From a virus (Duplodnaviria > Caudoviricetes), in the IMG/VR virus record IMGVR_UViG_3300023197_000015, positions 1 to 24,329 of that record: 24,329 nucleotides of DNA. The stretch is one strand, 5' to 3'. Every line of letters starts with the position of its first letter. Within the stretch, counting starts at the first letter, position 1. Shown piece after piece: positions 1 to 8,226 of this stretch. Under the pieces are notes generated by a model. The model did no database searches, was not told the origin of the DNA, and was given only the letters and a program-made list of their open reading frames with translations. The position numbers and the translations under genes are program-made.

Positions 1-291
1 GAAAATTTTTCAAAAACTTTCTTTACCGATTGGTTAAACGATCTCCGATCATACCTGAAAATTTTTCAAAAACTTTCTTTACCGATTGGTTAAACGATCC
101 CCGATCATACCTGAAAATTTTTCAAAAACTTTTTTTACCGATTGGTTAAACGATCTCCAATCATACCTGAAAATTTTTCAAAAACTTTCTTTACCGATTG
201 GTGAAATAGCAGTTAGAAAATCTTTGGATTCGGTTAAACTTCAGATCATATCTGAAATTTTTTCAAAACTTTCTTTACCGGTTGGTTAAAC
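1..291. repeat. 56-bp tandem repeat array: 3 full copies, 1 partial, 1 degenerate
   Basis: Unit GAAAATTTTTCAAAAACTTTCTTTACCGATTGGTTAAACGATCTCCGATCATACCT at 1-56, 57-112 and 113-168 (1-2 substitutions each); partial copy 169-202; diverged copy ~232-291. May extend upstream of the window. Confidence 0.97.
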
Positions 292-307
292 AATATTAAA
301 ATTTTCA

Positions 308-334
308 CGCGCGCGATCGCGACCCCCGGGGTAC
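308..334. other. GC-rich palindrome cluster upstream of terS (candidate packaging/terminus signal)
   Basis: CGCGCGCG (308-315), CGCGATCGCG (312-321) and CCCCGGGG (324-331) between AT-rich flanks. Function is inferred from position only. Confidence 0.4.
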
Positions 335-495
335 AATTTTTCCTTTTCTTCGATCGAGGCGGTTTTCGATCAGATCAAATTTTTTGCTCGATTAAAAGCG
401 GTCCCCCGATCGAACCAAATATCCACATTTTGTTTGACGAAACCTTTGATCCGACCCAATCTAGTAGTGCATATCGACTCCAAAGGAGACATCAC

Positions 496-1098
496 ATGGC
501 ACGTCCGAAGAAAATCAAAAAATTACAACGCCTTCAGGACCTTCCCGAGCCGGAAGAAGCGGGAGACAAGCCCCGAAAAGCGGACGGCACACATTGGACG
601 TCCTTTCAGGATCGTGCAGCACAATTTCGTGCCCTCGATTATACGTGGGGCGAGATTGCAGAGAAGCTAGATAGCACGGAATCGTCCCTCAACAACATGG
701 CGGGAAAACACAAGAATTTCCGCGATCTAGTCGACTGGTATCGGACGTATTTCTTCGGGCAAAAGCTCGATCAACTGATGCGCATCCTCTGGCCCGAGGC
801 CCTCGGTGCCCTGCATGATGTACTGGAGGACCGCGATCGCATGGGACAGGAGAACGGACCAGATCACGGCGAAGTGATCAAGGCAGCCAAAGCCATCTTA
901 CATACGACCGGATTCCACACGTTGAACCGGACGAAGCGAGAGCTCGAGGCGCAAAAGGAAGTCACCGGATCGCCGGGCCAAACCCACGAGATTCGGACAG
1001 ATGACGACTATGACCGCATGGACAAAGACCAGATTGACGAGCGCATTGCCCATCTCGAGAAGTTGATCGAAGAGGATATCGAAGATGGGGACGAGTAA
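496..1098 (+). CDS. terS: Terminase small subunit (HTH)
   Basis: Directly upstream of and overlapping terL; HTH-like YTWGEIAEKLDSTESSLNNM; helical C-terminus. Start moved from TTG 430 to ATG 496 because AAGGAG (483-488) lies 7 nt upstream. Confidence 0.8.
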   Translation: MARPKKIKKLQRLQDLPEPEEAGDKPRKADGTHWTSFQDRAAQFRALDYTWGEIAEKLDSTESSLNNMAGKHKNFRDLVDWYRTYFFGQKLDQLMRILWPEALGALHDVLEDRDRMGQENGPDHGEVIKAAKAILHTTGFHTLNRTKRELEAQKEVTGSPGQTHEIRTDDDYDRMDKDQIDERIAHLEKLIEEDIEDGDE

Positions 1099-2626
1099 GC
1101 ACCGAAAACGGATTGCACAACTCCTCGAACAACGTGCCCAAATCGAGGCCCGCAAGAATTTCTTTAAGTTTGTCCAGTATACGTTCGGTGAGGGATATCA
1201 AACGAACTGGCACCACCGGCTCATCGCACAAGAGCTGGAGCGGTGGTTGAACACGGAAAATGGACGCCTCGTAATCAATTGCCCGTCGAGGCATGGAAAA
1301 TCAGAGCTGTGTTCCCGCCGCCTTCCGGCGTATATTCTCGGGCAAGATCCGGATGCACGCATCATTGCATGTTCCTATGGTCAGGATCTTGCCAACGACA
1401 TGTCTGTGGACGTGAAAAAGATTATACGCTCGGCGGAATATCAAAACGTCTTTCCCGATACAAAGCTGCCAACAAAAGATTCCACGCGGGCCAAGGGCGA
1501 TCGGCATTACCGGAATAAAAAGGAAATCTGGGAGATCATGAACTCCCAGGGTCGATATCTTGCCCGTGGCGTCGGCGGCGGGATTGCCGGGAAGGGTGGG
1601 GACTATCTTCTACTCGACGATCCGATCAAGGATTATGAGCAAGCCCGCTCACCGCGCCAAAGAGATCGGGTCTGGAGTTGGTTCAACAAGGTCTTCCGCG
1701 AGCGAGCGTCGAGAAAGGCCCGAATTCTGGTCATCCAGACTCGTTGGCACCGCGATGATCCGGTTGGCCGGATTAAACGGGAGATGCGCGAAATCGAGGC
1801 GGCACGGGATTGGAGAATTGTAAATCTACCGGCGATTTATCGGGAGACCGTCCGCGATCGGCATCCAGACGACCCGAGAGAGCCCGGAGAAGCATTGTGG
1901 CCGTGGTTCAAGTCAAAACAAGAATGGAAGGCGATTGAACAATCCGACCCGGAGACGTTTATGTCGCTCGGCCAAGGAATGCCGAGTCCGCCGGGTGGCG
2001 AGATTATCAAGGAATCTTGGATTATCGATCACATGTGGACGGAATTGCCACCGCCGAAACGGAATTGGATTTGGGCGATTGACCCAAAAGGAGGATCGGA
2101 CGAGCCGCAATCGTCGAAAGCGGTGATTCAGTTGTGGTGTCGGTCGCGCCAAGAAGAGGCGAATGCTTATCTCGTCGACCAGGAGTCAGGGTTGTGGTCA
2201 CAAGGAGAGACGGAAGACAAGATTCGGGAACTCTACGATCGATCGCCGTGGGATCAGGCACGAACGCTTTTGATTGAAAACAAGGGGGACGGGCCTGGCA
2301 TTAAAGACCATCTCAAGGACGAAATTCCGGGCATTTGTACGGTCGATCCGTGGGCTGGGAAAAAACAAAGACTCCGTGATGTCGAATCCTTCTGGCGGTC
2401 TGGAAATGTCCGAGTTCCGGACAATCGAGACCCGACGCAGGGACCAACCGGCCAGAATTTCAAGTGGATCGATCAGTTTATCAATCAGCATATTTCCTTC
2501 CCCGGCGGTGATCGAGACGATGCGGTTGATGCTGCGGTCTATGCAATCGATCATTTGCTCGGCTCACGTGGGGGCTCGCAAGCCGGTGAGCAAGAACATT
2601 ATCTCGCCCAATATTACGGTGGATGA
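1085..2626 (+). CDS. terL: Terminase large subunit
   Basis: Walker A INCPSRHGKSE, Walker B YLLLDDP, coupling motif IQTRWHRDD, nuclease motifs WAIDP, LIENKGDG and DRDDAVDA. Confidence 0.97.
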   Translation: MGTSKHRKRIAQLLEQRAQIEARKNFFKFVQYTFGEGYQTNWHHRLIAQELERWLNTENGRLVINCPSRHGKSELCSRRLPAYILGQDPDARIIACSYGQDLANDMSVDVKKIIRSAEYQNVFPDTKLPTKDSTRAKGDRHYRNKKEIWEIMNSQGRYLARGVGGGIAGKGGDYLLLDDPIKDYEQARSPRQRDRVWSWFNKVFRERASRKARILVIQTRWHRDDPVGRIKREMREIEAARDWRIVNLPAIYRETVRDRHPDDPREPGEALWPWFKSKQEWKAIEQSDPETFMSLGQGMPSPPGGEIIKESWIIDHMWTELPPPKRNWIWAIDPKGGSDEPQSSKAVIQLWCRSRQEEANAYLVDQESGLWSQGETEDKIRELYDRSPWDQARTLLIENKGDGPGIKDHLKDEIPGICTVDPWAGKKQRLRDVESFWRSGNVRVPDNRDPTQGPTGQNFKWIDQFINQHISFPGGDRDDAVDAAVYAIDHLLGSRGGSQAGEQEHYLAQYYGG

Positions 2627-4113
2627 ACATGACACAGGGACAAGGATCACTATTTTCGAGCGCGTCGGCTCCGAAATACGATGCATTTCGGAACAAATTA
2701 TCGGATATCGGCACGTCTTCGGACCCGCATACCCATGCAGAAGTGGCGAAGGGCACTCGGCTGTCGAAGCACGAACTCGATGAATTGTATGAGACGGGCC
2801 GGTTTGCCCGGAAAATTGTCGAAAAGCCGCCAAAAGATGCGACACGACCGGAAATTCGGGTCGTTGGTACAGATAATAAACGGGTATTCAAACGTGAGTT
2901 CCGACGCCATCGGGTCGAACGAAAACTCCGCGAGGCCATGATCAACGCTCGGCAAACCGGAGGCGGCGCGATCGTGTTGATGGTGGACGACGGGAGGGAC
3001 CTCGATAAACCAATCAACTTTGATCAAGTCTCCTCTGTCGAGGCGATGCATGTATTCGACCGTTGGGATTTGAGTGCAGATGAATATCACACGGATCTCC
3101 GCCACAAGCGGTATCGAAAACCGAGATTGTACCATTTCCATCCGAACCAACGGGGGACGTCTCGGGACGATCCGTCAAAAATTCATTCCGATCGAGTCAT
3201 TCGATTCACCGGGGCGCGGGTTCGGCCGTTCCGTCGATCGTATTACAACGGCTGGAACCAGCCGGTCTTAGAGACGGTTTTTGAGACGATGAAAGATCTA
3301 GGTATGTGTTCGGAGGCGATTGCGTCGGCGGCAGAGGAGTTTCAATACGGCGTCATTCGGTTGGCGAATCTCCATAAACTCCTCGTGGAACGAGACAACG
3401 GTCGGCAGTTGATGCGAGAGCGGCTGATGGCGATTGAAGAATCGAAATCGATCACCAATGCAGTCGCGCTGGATGCAACACAAGAGGAGGAGATGGAAAA
3501 TGTATCCGCACATATCGAACAAGCCCGGCAAGCCTACAGTGTGCTGCAGCAGAATTTTTCGTATGCCGCAAACATGCCGATCTCGATGCTTTTCGGACAG
3601 ATGGCTCAGGGGCTTCAGGTTCCCGATGAATCCGGGCGTCAAAATTATTTCGATGGTGTCGAAGATACCCGTGAACACGAAATGACGCCTGCCCTTTTGC
3701 GAATCGTCATGCTTTTTTCGATGGCGGCCGGTCAGTTCAACGATCCGGACGAAGCAAAGGCTTCTTTTGAAGTGCAATACGGCCCACTTGACGAGTTGAC
3801 GGCACCGTCTGCGGCGGATGTCTTTGCACAGCGGGCAGACGGACATCAAAAGCTCGTGGATGCTGGAGTGGAAACGAGCGAAGAGGCGCAAAATCGATTG
3901 TTTGACGATGATATTTCTCGTCGAGTGCCGGAGGCGATGGCGCGATTCGACAAATTCTCAGGGCTGGATGACGAGAAACTTCCGGATCGTATCCAGAATG
4001 CACCGAAACAAAAGGCTGAGAGATGGATCGCCATCTTTAATGAAGTGTTCGAAGAAACTCAAAACGAGGCCAGAGCTTTCCGTGCTGCAAACAGTGAAGT
4101 CGATATTGGTTAA
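2623..4113 (+). CDS. Portal protein (DUF1073-like) with C-terminal ChaB-like extension
   Basis: Follows terL with ATGA overlap; motifs LYETGRFARKIVEKPPKDATR, ARQTGGGAI, IHSDRVIRF, AANMPISMLFGQ and NYFDGV resemble DUF1073 portals. Confidence 0.9.
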   Translation: MNMTQGQGSLFSSASAPKYDAFRNKLSDIGTSSDPHTHAEVAKGTRLSKHELDELYETGRFARKIVEKPPKDATRPEIRVVGTDNKRVFKREFRRHRVERKLREAMINARQTGGGAIVLMVDDGRDLDKPINFDQVSSVEAMHVFDRWDLSADEYHTDLRHKRYRKPRLYHFHPNQRGTSRDDPSKIHSDRVIRFTGARVRPFRRSYYNGWNQPVLETVFETMKDLGMCSEAIASAAEEFQYGVIRLANLHKLLVERDNGRQLMRERLMAIEESKSITNAVALDATQEEEMENVSAHIEQARQAYSVLQQNFSYAANMPISMLFGQMAQGLQVPDESGRQNYFDGVEDTREHEMTPALLRIVMLFSMAAGQFNDPDEAKASFEVQYGPLDELTAPSAADVFAQRADGHQKLVDAGVETSEEAQNRLFDDDISRRVPEAMARFDKFSGLDDEKLPDRIQNAPKQKAERWIAIFNEVFEETQNEARAFRAANSEVDIG

Positions 4114-4127
4114 TTTTGGAAAACGGT

Positions 4128-4155
4128 TTGAAATGTAGATCAAAGCATGTAATCT
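4128..4155 (+). promoter_or_regulatory. Possible sigma70-like promoter
   Basis: TTGAAA-16 nt-TAATCT in the largest internal intergenic gap (4114-4210), which is AT-rich. Weak match. Confidence 0.2.
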
Positions 4156-4210
4156 AAGGAATGTCGATGGCTGAGAAATTAGCACAGCTTTGATAGAACG
4201 ATAAGATACG

Positions 4211-5614
4211 ATGGAATTCCGCTTGGACAATGATGATGGCTCGATGTTGAGCCCTCGTCGACGGCCGGGAGACGGCACGTTGATGGTTGAAGGACGTGTC
4301 GCGCGGCCGGGAATTTACAAGTACCATGAAGACGGCGACGTGGTTCGAGAACTTGTCCCAAGATCGACATTGTATGATCCGAAATCGTTGCAATCGCTCG
4401 GGCGTGTTGCGTACACAGACGGCCACCCTCCGGAGCCTATTGATGAAAACAATGTGGATCGGTTCCAAGATGGGGATGTTGGAGAAGATGTACACATTGG
4501 CGGAAATGAATTCGTTCGTGTGACGGCCGCTGTTCGAACCAACGAAGCAATTCGTAATGCGTTGAGCGGGAAACGCGACCAGCTTTCTCCCGGTTATCAT
4601 GCCGAAATTAAGGACGAAGCCGGCACACATCCGGAATTTGGCGAGTTTGATCGTATCCAGACAAAGCGCGTCTACAACCACCTTGCAGGAGTGAGTCGAG
4701 CCCGAGGTGGACCGGATTGTGCGATGCGGACGGACGATGCGGATGATTTGCCGTCTGGCGCGAGGATGGTTCTCGATAGCTACGATATTTCGTGGAAATC
4801 GGACCAAGACGAACATGATCTTTGCTCGGATGGTCCGACGCGCGCAGAAGTGCTTCAGGATCTTGTGACAATGTGCGAAATGTCCCGCGAGGATGCCGTC
4901 GACGAGATGGCAAAGCATTCTTCGTATTCGGCAGAAGAACTTCGCGATCAAATCGAACAAGATAGTGATTCGTCGATCGGAGAGATCACGGTAACTTTGG
5001 ACTCGGAGGATTTTCTTATGGACATCGACAAACTCCAAGATCGACTCGATGAGATCGAACAGAAACTCGACGAGTCGAATGATGTCAGAGACGAAGAAGA
5101 TGAGCCAGAAGAAGATGGTCCGGCTTTGTCCGAATTTATCTCGGATGCCCAAAAAGCGCTCGACAATCTCTCTAAGGAGAACGAGAATCTCCGCAAGAAA
5201 GCGACCAAGCTCGAAGCGAAACTCGAGGGCCTCCAGGAACGAGAAGACGGAGACGACGAGGAAGATGAACCGGCATTTACTTTCGATTCGAAAGAAGATC
5301 TCGTCGACTGGCAAAATGAGCGGGACGGTTTGAAGCAAGCGGGCGAGACGTTTCAGGTCGATATGGACGAGTCGATGAGCAACATGGAAATGAAGCGAGC
5401 CATTGTCGAAGACGAACTCGACAAGGATCTCGAGGATGCTTCGGATGTTCGAGTGGATGGGTTGTATGAGGGACTGACGGAACGAGTGGATATGTCGTCT
5501 CGCCAGTACAATCAGGCATCGAACCTGACGGAAAATGCCCTCCAGGAAGGACCGGAAGCCTCGAAGAAAGCATCTCGCGAATCGTTCGAAAAACGTTGGA
5601 AAGGCGAAGAATAA
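4211..5614 (+). CDS. DUF2213-family prohead protease/scaffold fusion
   Basis: Motifs VARPGIYKY, YTDGHP, QLSPGY and YNHLAGVSRARGG; very acidic coiled-coil C-terminal half; lies between portal and capsid genes. Confidence 0.9.
   Translation: MEFRLDNDDGSMLSPRRRPGDGTLMVEGRVARPGIYKYHEDGDVVRELVPRSTLYDPKSLQSLGRVAYTDGHPPEPIDENNVDRFQDGDVGEDVHIGGNEFVRVTAAVRTNEAIRNALSGKRDQLSPGYHAEIKDEAGTHPEFGEFDRIQTKRVYNHLAGVSRARGGPDCAMRTDDADDLPSGARMVLDSYDISWKSDQDEHDLCSDGPTRAEVLQDLVTMCEMSREDAVDEMAKHSSYSAEELRDQIEQDSDSSIGEITVTLDSEDFLMDIDKLQDRLDEIEQKLDESNDVRDEEDEPEEDGPALSEFISDAQKALDNLSKENENLRKKATKLEAKLEGLQEREDGDDEEDEPAFTFDSKEDLVDWQNERDGLKQAGETFQVDMDESMSNMEMKRAIVEDELDKDLEDASDVRVDGLYEGLTERVDMSSRQYNQASNLTENALQEGPEASKKASRESFEKRWKGEE
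5018..5614 (+). CDS. Putative nested in-frame scaffolding protein (198 aa)
   Basis: GGAGGA (5005-5010), 7-nt U-rich spacer, in-frame ATG 5018 exactly at the start of the coiled coil (MDIDKLQDRLDEIEQKL). Confidence 0.6.
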   Translation: MDIDKLQDRLDEIEQKLDESNDVRDEEDEPEEDGPALSEFISDAQKALDNLSKENENLRKKATKLEAKLEGLQEREDGDDEEDEPAFTFDSKEDLVDWQNERDGLKQAGETFQVDMDESMSNMEMKRAIVEDELDKDLEDASDVRVDGLYEGLTERVDMSSRQYNQASNLTENALQEGPEASKKASRESFEKRWKGEE

Positions 5615-5661
5615 TTTTAAGGAGTGTTTGAACCTGTTCATACAGCGACGAGGACGAGGCT

Positions 5662-6765
5662 ATGGCACAGCGGCATTATTACGAGAACATGCGACAGTTC
5701 GGTCCCGGATCGGATTTGGTCGATTCGCTCGGTGATCGAAAGACGGTTTTGAATGCAGACCCGCAAGCCAAACAGGTTGATGAAATTTCGGTCACTGGCG
5801 GTGCAGGCAGTGCGAACGAGGTCTATGAGATCAAGATTGAGCGTCAGTTGATTTCGTATGATGCCGCGAACGGAACAAACCAAGATGACGTTGGTCAAGG
5901 TCTCGCGGATGCCATCAATGCTAACAATCTCGTGAATGGTCGTGTGACGGCATCGTATGATGCTGGAACGGATACGATTACGGTGACGGCTCGATGGGCG
6001 GGAATCGGTTTCAGTTACACGGAAGTGTCGGACCCGAACTCGATTTTGTCCCAGACGCGGACGCAGGACAATCAGACTGCAAACCCGCTTCCTTGGGGTC
6101 GACTTGTCGAAGAGCACGGTTCGATCGGCCAGAAACTCGGCCGATTGGCCGACGCTTCGAACATGACCTCGAAACAAATTGACGTTGACGTGGGCGGTTC
6201 GGCAGACGGGAATTATACCGTAACGCTCGAGGTCAACGGCGAAACGTTGGTGGCGACGTTCGATGCTTCGAACGATTCCAAGACGGATATTGTCGACGAT
6301 TTGGTGTCGGACATTGACGGACACAATCTGTTGGCCGCCAACAACAACTCGGATATTCTCGAGATTACGCCGGAGACGTCTGGATTTGCCGATTTTTCGG
6401 TACAAGGTTTGAATGCACCCCAGGAGCCGTCTGTCACGTTGGCGACGGAAGGAGACGACATCAATCAAAAAATGGCCGGTGTGGCAATGGTGGGCGGCGA
6501 GGAGCTGATCGAGCCCGACGAGCAGGTGGGTCGATATCCGCCCTCTACGGAGGTCGATGTGAAATACAACGGCGCTCAGGTCGGAGTGGCCGCAGAAGAG
6601 CAGGTATCGAAGGACGATACGGTATTCGTCCGACTAGCCGCATCTGGAAACAACGACAAACTCGGAGCCTTTCGCGGATCGCATGATGCAGGTGTAGTTC
6701 CTTTGAAAGGTGCAGAGTTTGTGAAGGCTCCCAATGCAGACGTTGCTGGAGTGGAACTTCCCTAA
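5662..6765 (+). CDS. Capsid decoration/cement protein with two inserted domains
   Basis: Sits just before the capsid gene; core motifs PLPWGRLV, MAGVAM, VDVKYNG, VSKDDTVFVR and LGAFR are interrupted by two similar ~90-aa inserts. Confidence 0.7.
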   Translation: MAQRHYYENMRQFGPGSDLVDSLGDRKTVLNADPQAKQVDEISVTGGAGSANEVYEIKIERQLISYDAANGTNQDDVGQGLADAINANNLVNGRVTASYDAGTDTITVTARWAGIGFSYTEVSDPNSILSQTRTQDNQTANPLPWGRLVEEHGSIGQKLGRLADASNMTSKQIDVDVGGSADGNYTVTLEVNGETLVATFDASNDSKTDIVDDLVSDIDGHNLLAANNNSDILEITPETSGFADFSVQGLNAPQEPSVTLATEGDDINQKMAGVAMVGGEELIEPDEQVGRYPPSTEVDVKYNGAQVGVAAEEQVSKDDTVFVRLAASGNNDKLGAFRGSHDAGVVPLKGAEFVKAPNADVAGVELP

Positions 6766-6803
6766 CGATGATCGTTTGATGAGACTTCGACGAGGAGTAT
6801 GTT

Positions 6804-7754
6804 ATGCCGCATAATCGACTGGATGATGGCGATTTTCCGAACCCGGACATGGCATCTTTTGCCAACCGGGCGCTGGAGCATGTACATGAGGCTGTTCGCC
6901 AAAAGAAGCTCCGTCCACTGAAAGGCCGAGAGTGGATTGCACAAGATGATTCTGTCGAGGCTTGGGCGGAGACGTATGTCCATCAGATGTACGAACTTCT
7001 GGGTGTGGCGGAGTTCGTTGGAGATGACGTCGAAGACTTTCCGCTGGCCGGAGAGAGCCATACGGAAGAGACGTTCAATATCCGGAAGCTCGGGTCGGCG
7101 TTCAAGCATACTTTTGACGAGATTGAGAAATCTCGTGCTCTCGGCCGCAGTCTTGATGAAAAGCGGGCTGAAGCGGCACTTCGTGCGCACGAAGAGAAAC
7201 ACAATGAGGTCATGTGGTACGGTGATCAACAGCAGCAGCTTTTTGGGCTGTTGAACTATCCGGACGCACCGCATGTCGTTTTGTCGGACCCGATCAACAG
7301 CAATACGGGTTCGACGACGATCAAAAACATGATCACGTCGCTGTTGGTTGATATTTTCAAGCAGACCCGGCATACGGCCCAGCCGGATACGATTTTGATG
7401 CCGACCGATCCGTACTTCCATATTGTCGACACCGAGCACAATCCCTCTGGTGGAGGAGACTCGACGATTCTGGAATGGATCGTCGAAAAACACCCGTTTA
7501 TCGATTCCGAAGAGGATATCGATCCGGTCGAGGAATTGGACGATGCAGGACCGAATGGTCTCGATATGATGGTGGTCGGACGGTTTGGTGACGGGAATAT
7601 GGAGGAAGTTGCAAAGCACACGGTTCCCAAGATTCCGACGCAGCGTCCGCCTCAGCAACGAAACGAGGCCATTATCACGAACATGGTCTCGAAGACAGGC
7701 GGCGTGGCAAGTGACTTTCCGCAGGAATTTATTGTGGCCGAAATCCCGGACTAA
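6804..7754 (+). CDS. Major capsid protein (DUF2184-like, HK97 fold)
   Basis: GAGGAG RBS; motifs EVMWYGD, LFGLLNYP, PDTILMP, TILEWI and KTGGV; 316 aa. Confidence 0.92.
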   Translation: MPHNRLDDGDFPNPDMASFANRALEHVHEAVRQKKLRPLKGREWIAQDDSVEAWAETYVHQMYELLGVAEFVGDDVEDFPLAGESHTEETFNIRKLGSAFKHTFDEIEKSRALGRSLDEKRAEAALRAHEEKHNEVMWYGDQQQQLFGLLNYPDAPHVVLSDPINSNTGSTTIKNMITSLLVDIFKQTRHTAQPDTILMPTDPYFHIVDTEHNPSGGGDSTILEWIVEKHPFIDSEEDIDPVEELDDAGPNGLDMMVVGRFGDGNMEEVAKHTVPKIPTQRPPQQRNEAIITNMVSKTGGVASDFPQEFIVAEIPD

Positions 7755-7757
7755 GCG

Positions 7758-7786
7758 GGATGGGAACAAATGAATTTGTTCGATCC
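7758..7786 (+). other. Stem-loop after the capsid gene (no U-tract)
   Basis: GAACAAA-TGAA-TTTGTTC (7764-7781), extendable by GGAT/ATCC. Possible mRNA stabiliser or weak attenuator. Confidence 0.35.
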
Positions 7787-7803
7787 GTAGACAACAGGAG
7801 AAT

Positions 7804-8223
7804 ATGATGGCGACTGTGGCTGTTTTCAACAAACTTCGAACGGCGCTTTTCGTTCAATTCAATCCGGAGGATGTCGAATCGGTTCCCGGCGGAGAAGATG
7901 CGGACGTTCGATCGGTATTGATTCCGCCGGGTCCTACGAAAATTGACGAGGATCTGTGGGAACATTTCAAGGAGAAGCCGAACATTCAATCTCGATTGGA
8001 AGATGGATTGTTGGCGGAAAAGGAACCGACAAAATCACTTTTGATGAATATGATCGGGAGCGTCGATCGTTCGGCGATTGGTGCGTTGTGCTCGAAGTCT
8101 CGGGAGATTCCCGATAACGAAGTATTTGAGGCCGCGCGAGCGACGTCGAGAGACGGAGCGGAGCGAGAAATTGAAGATCAACTCGAGGCCCTCAAGGACA
8201 ATATGCCGACGATCGGGGGTTAA
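7804..8223 (+). CDS. Head-associated hypothetical protein
   Basis: CAGGAG RBS; post-capsid position; IPPGPTKIDEDLWE motif and helical C-terminus. Start may be 7807. Confidence 0.75.
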   Translation: MMATVAVFNKLRTALFVQFNPEDVESVPGGEDADVRSVLIPPGPTKIDEDLWEHFKEKPNIQSRLEDGLLAEKEPTKSLLMNMIGSVDRSAIGALCSKSREIPDNEVFEAARATSRDGAEREIEDQLEALKDNMPTIGG

Positions 8224-8226
8224 TCC

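Noticed and set aside
86-289. 67-aa ORF
   Set aside because: Lies in a repeat whose 56-bp period shifts frame each copy; no RBS.
1-291. CRISPR array
   Set aside because: Units are head-to-tail with no unique spacers, and there are no cas genes.
313-320. Cyanobacterial HIP1 signature (GCGATCGC)
   Set aside because: Only about two full octamers seen; enrichment is of the CGATCG core with variable flanks.
430-495. TTG-started N-terminal extension of terS
   Set aside because: ATG 496 has a strong AAGGAG; TTG 430 has none.
1085-2626. Intein or intron in terL
   Set aside because: Normal length with contiguous motifs and no splice-junction signatures.
7743-7790. Rho-independent terminator after the capsid gene
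   Set aside because: A hairpin is present but it is AT-rich and lacks a U-tract; kept only as a stem-loop.
4154-7832. Long antisense ORFs (495, 276 and 356 aa)
   Set aside because: They mirror the protease, decoration and capsid genes; explained by scarcity of TTA/CTA/TCA codons on the sense strand, and the translations show no motifs.
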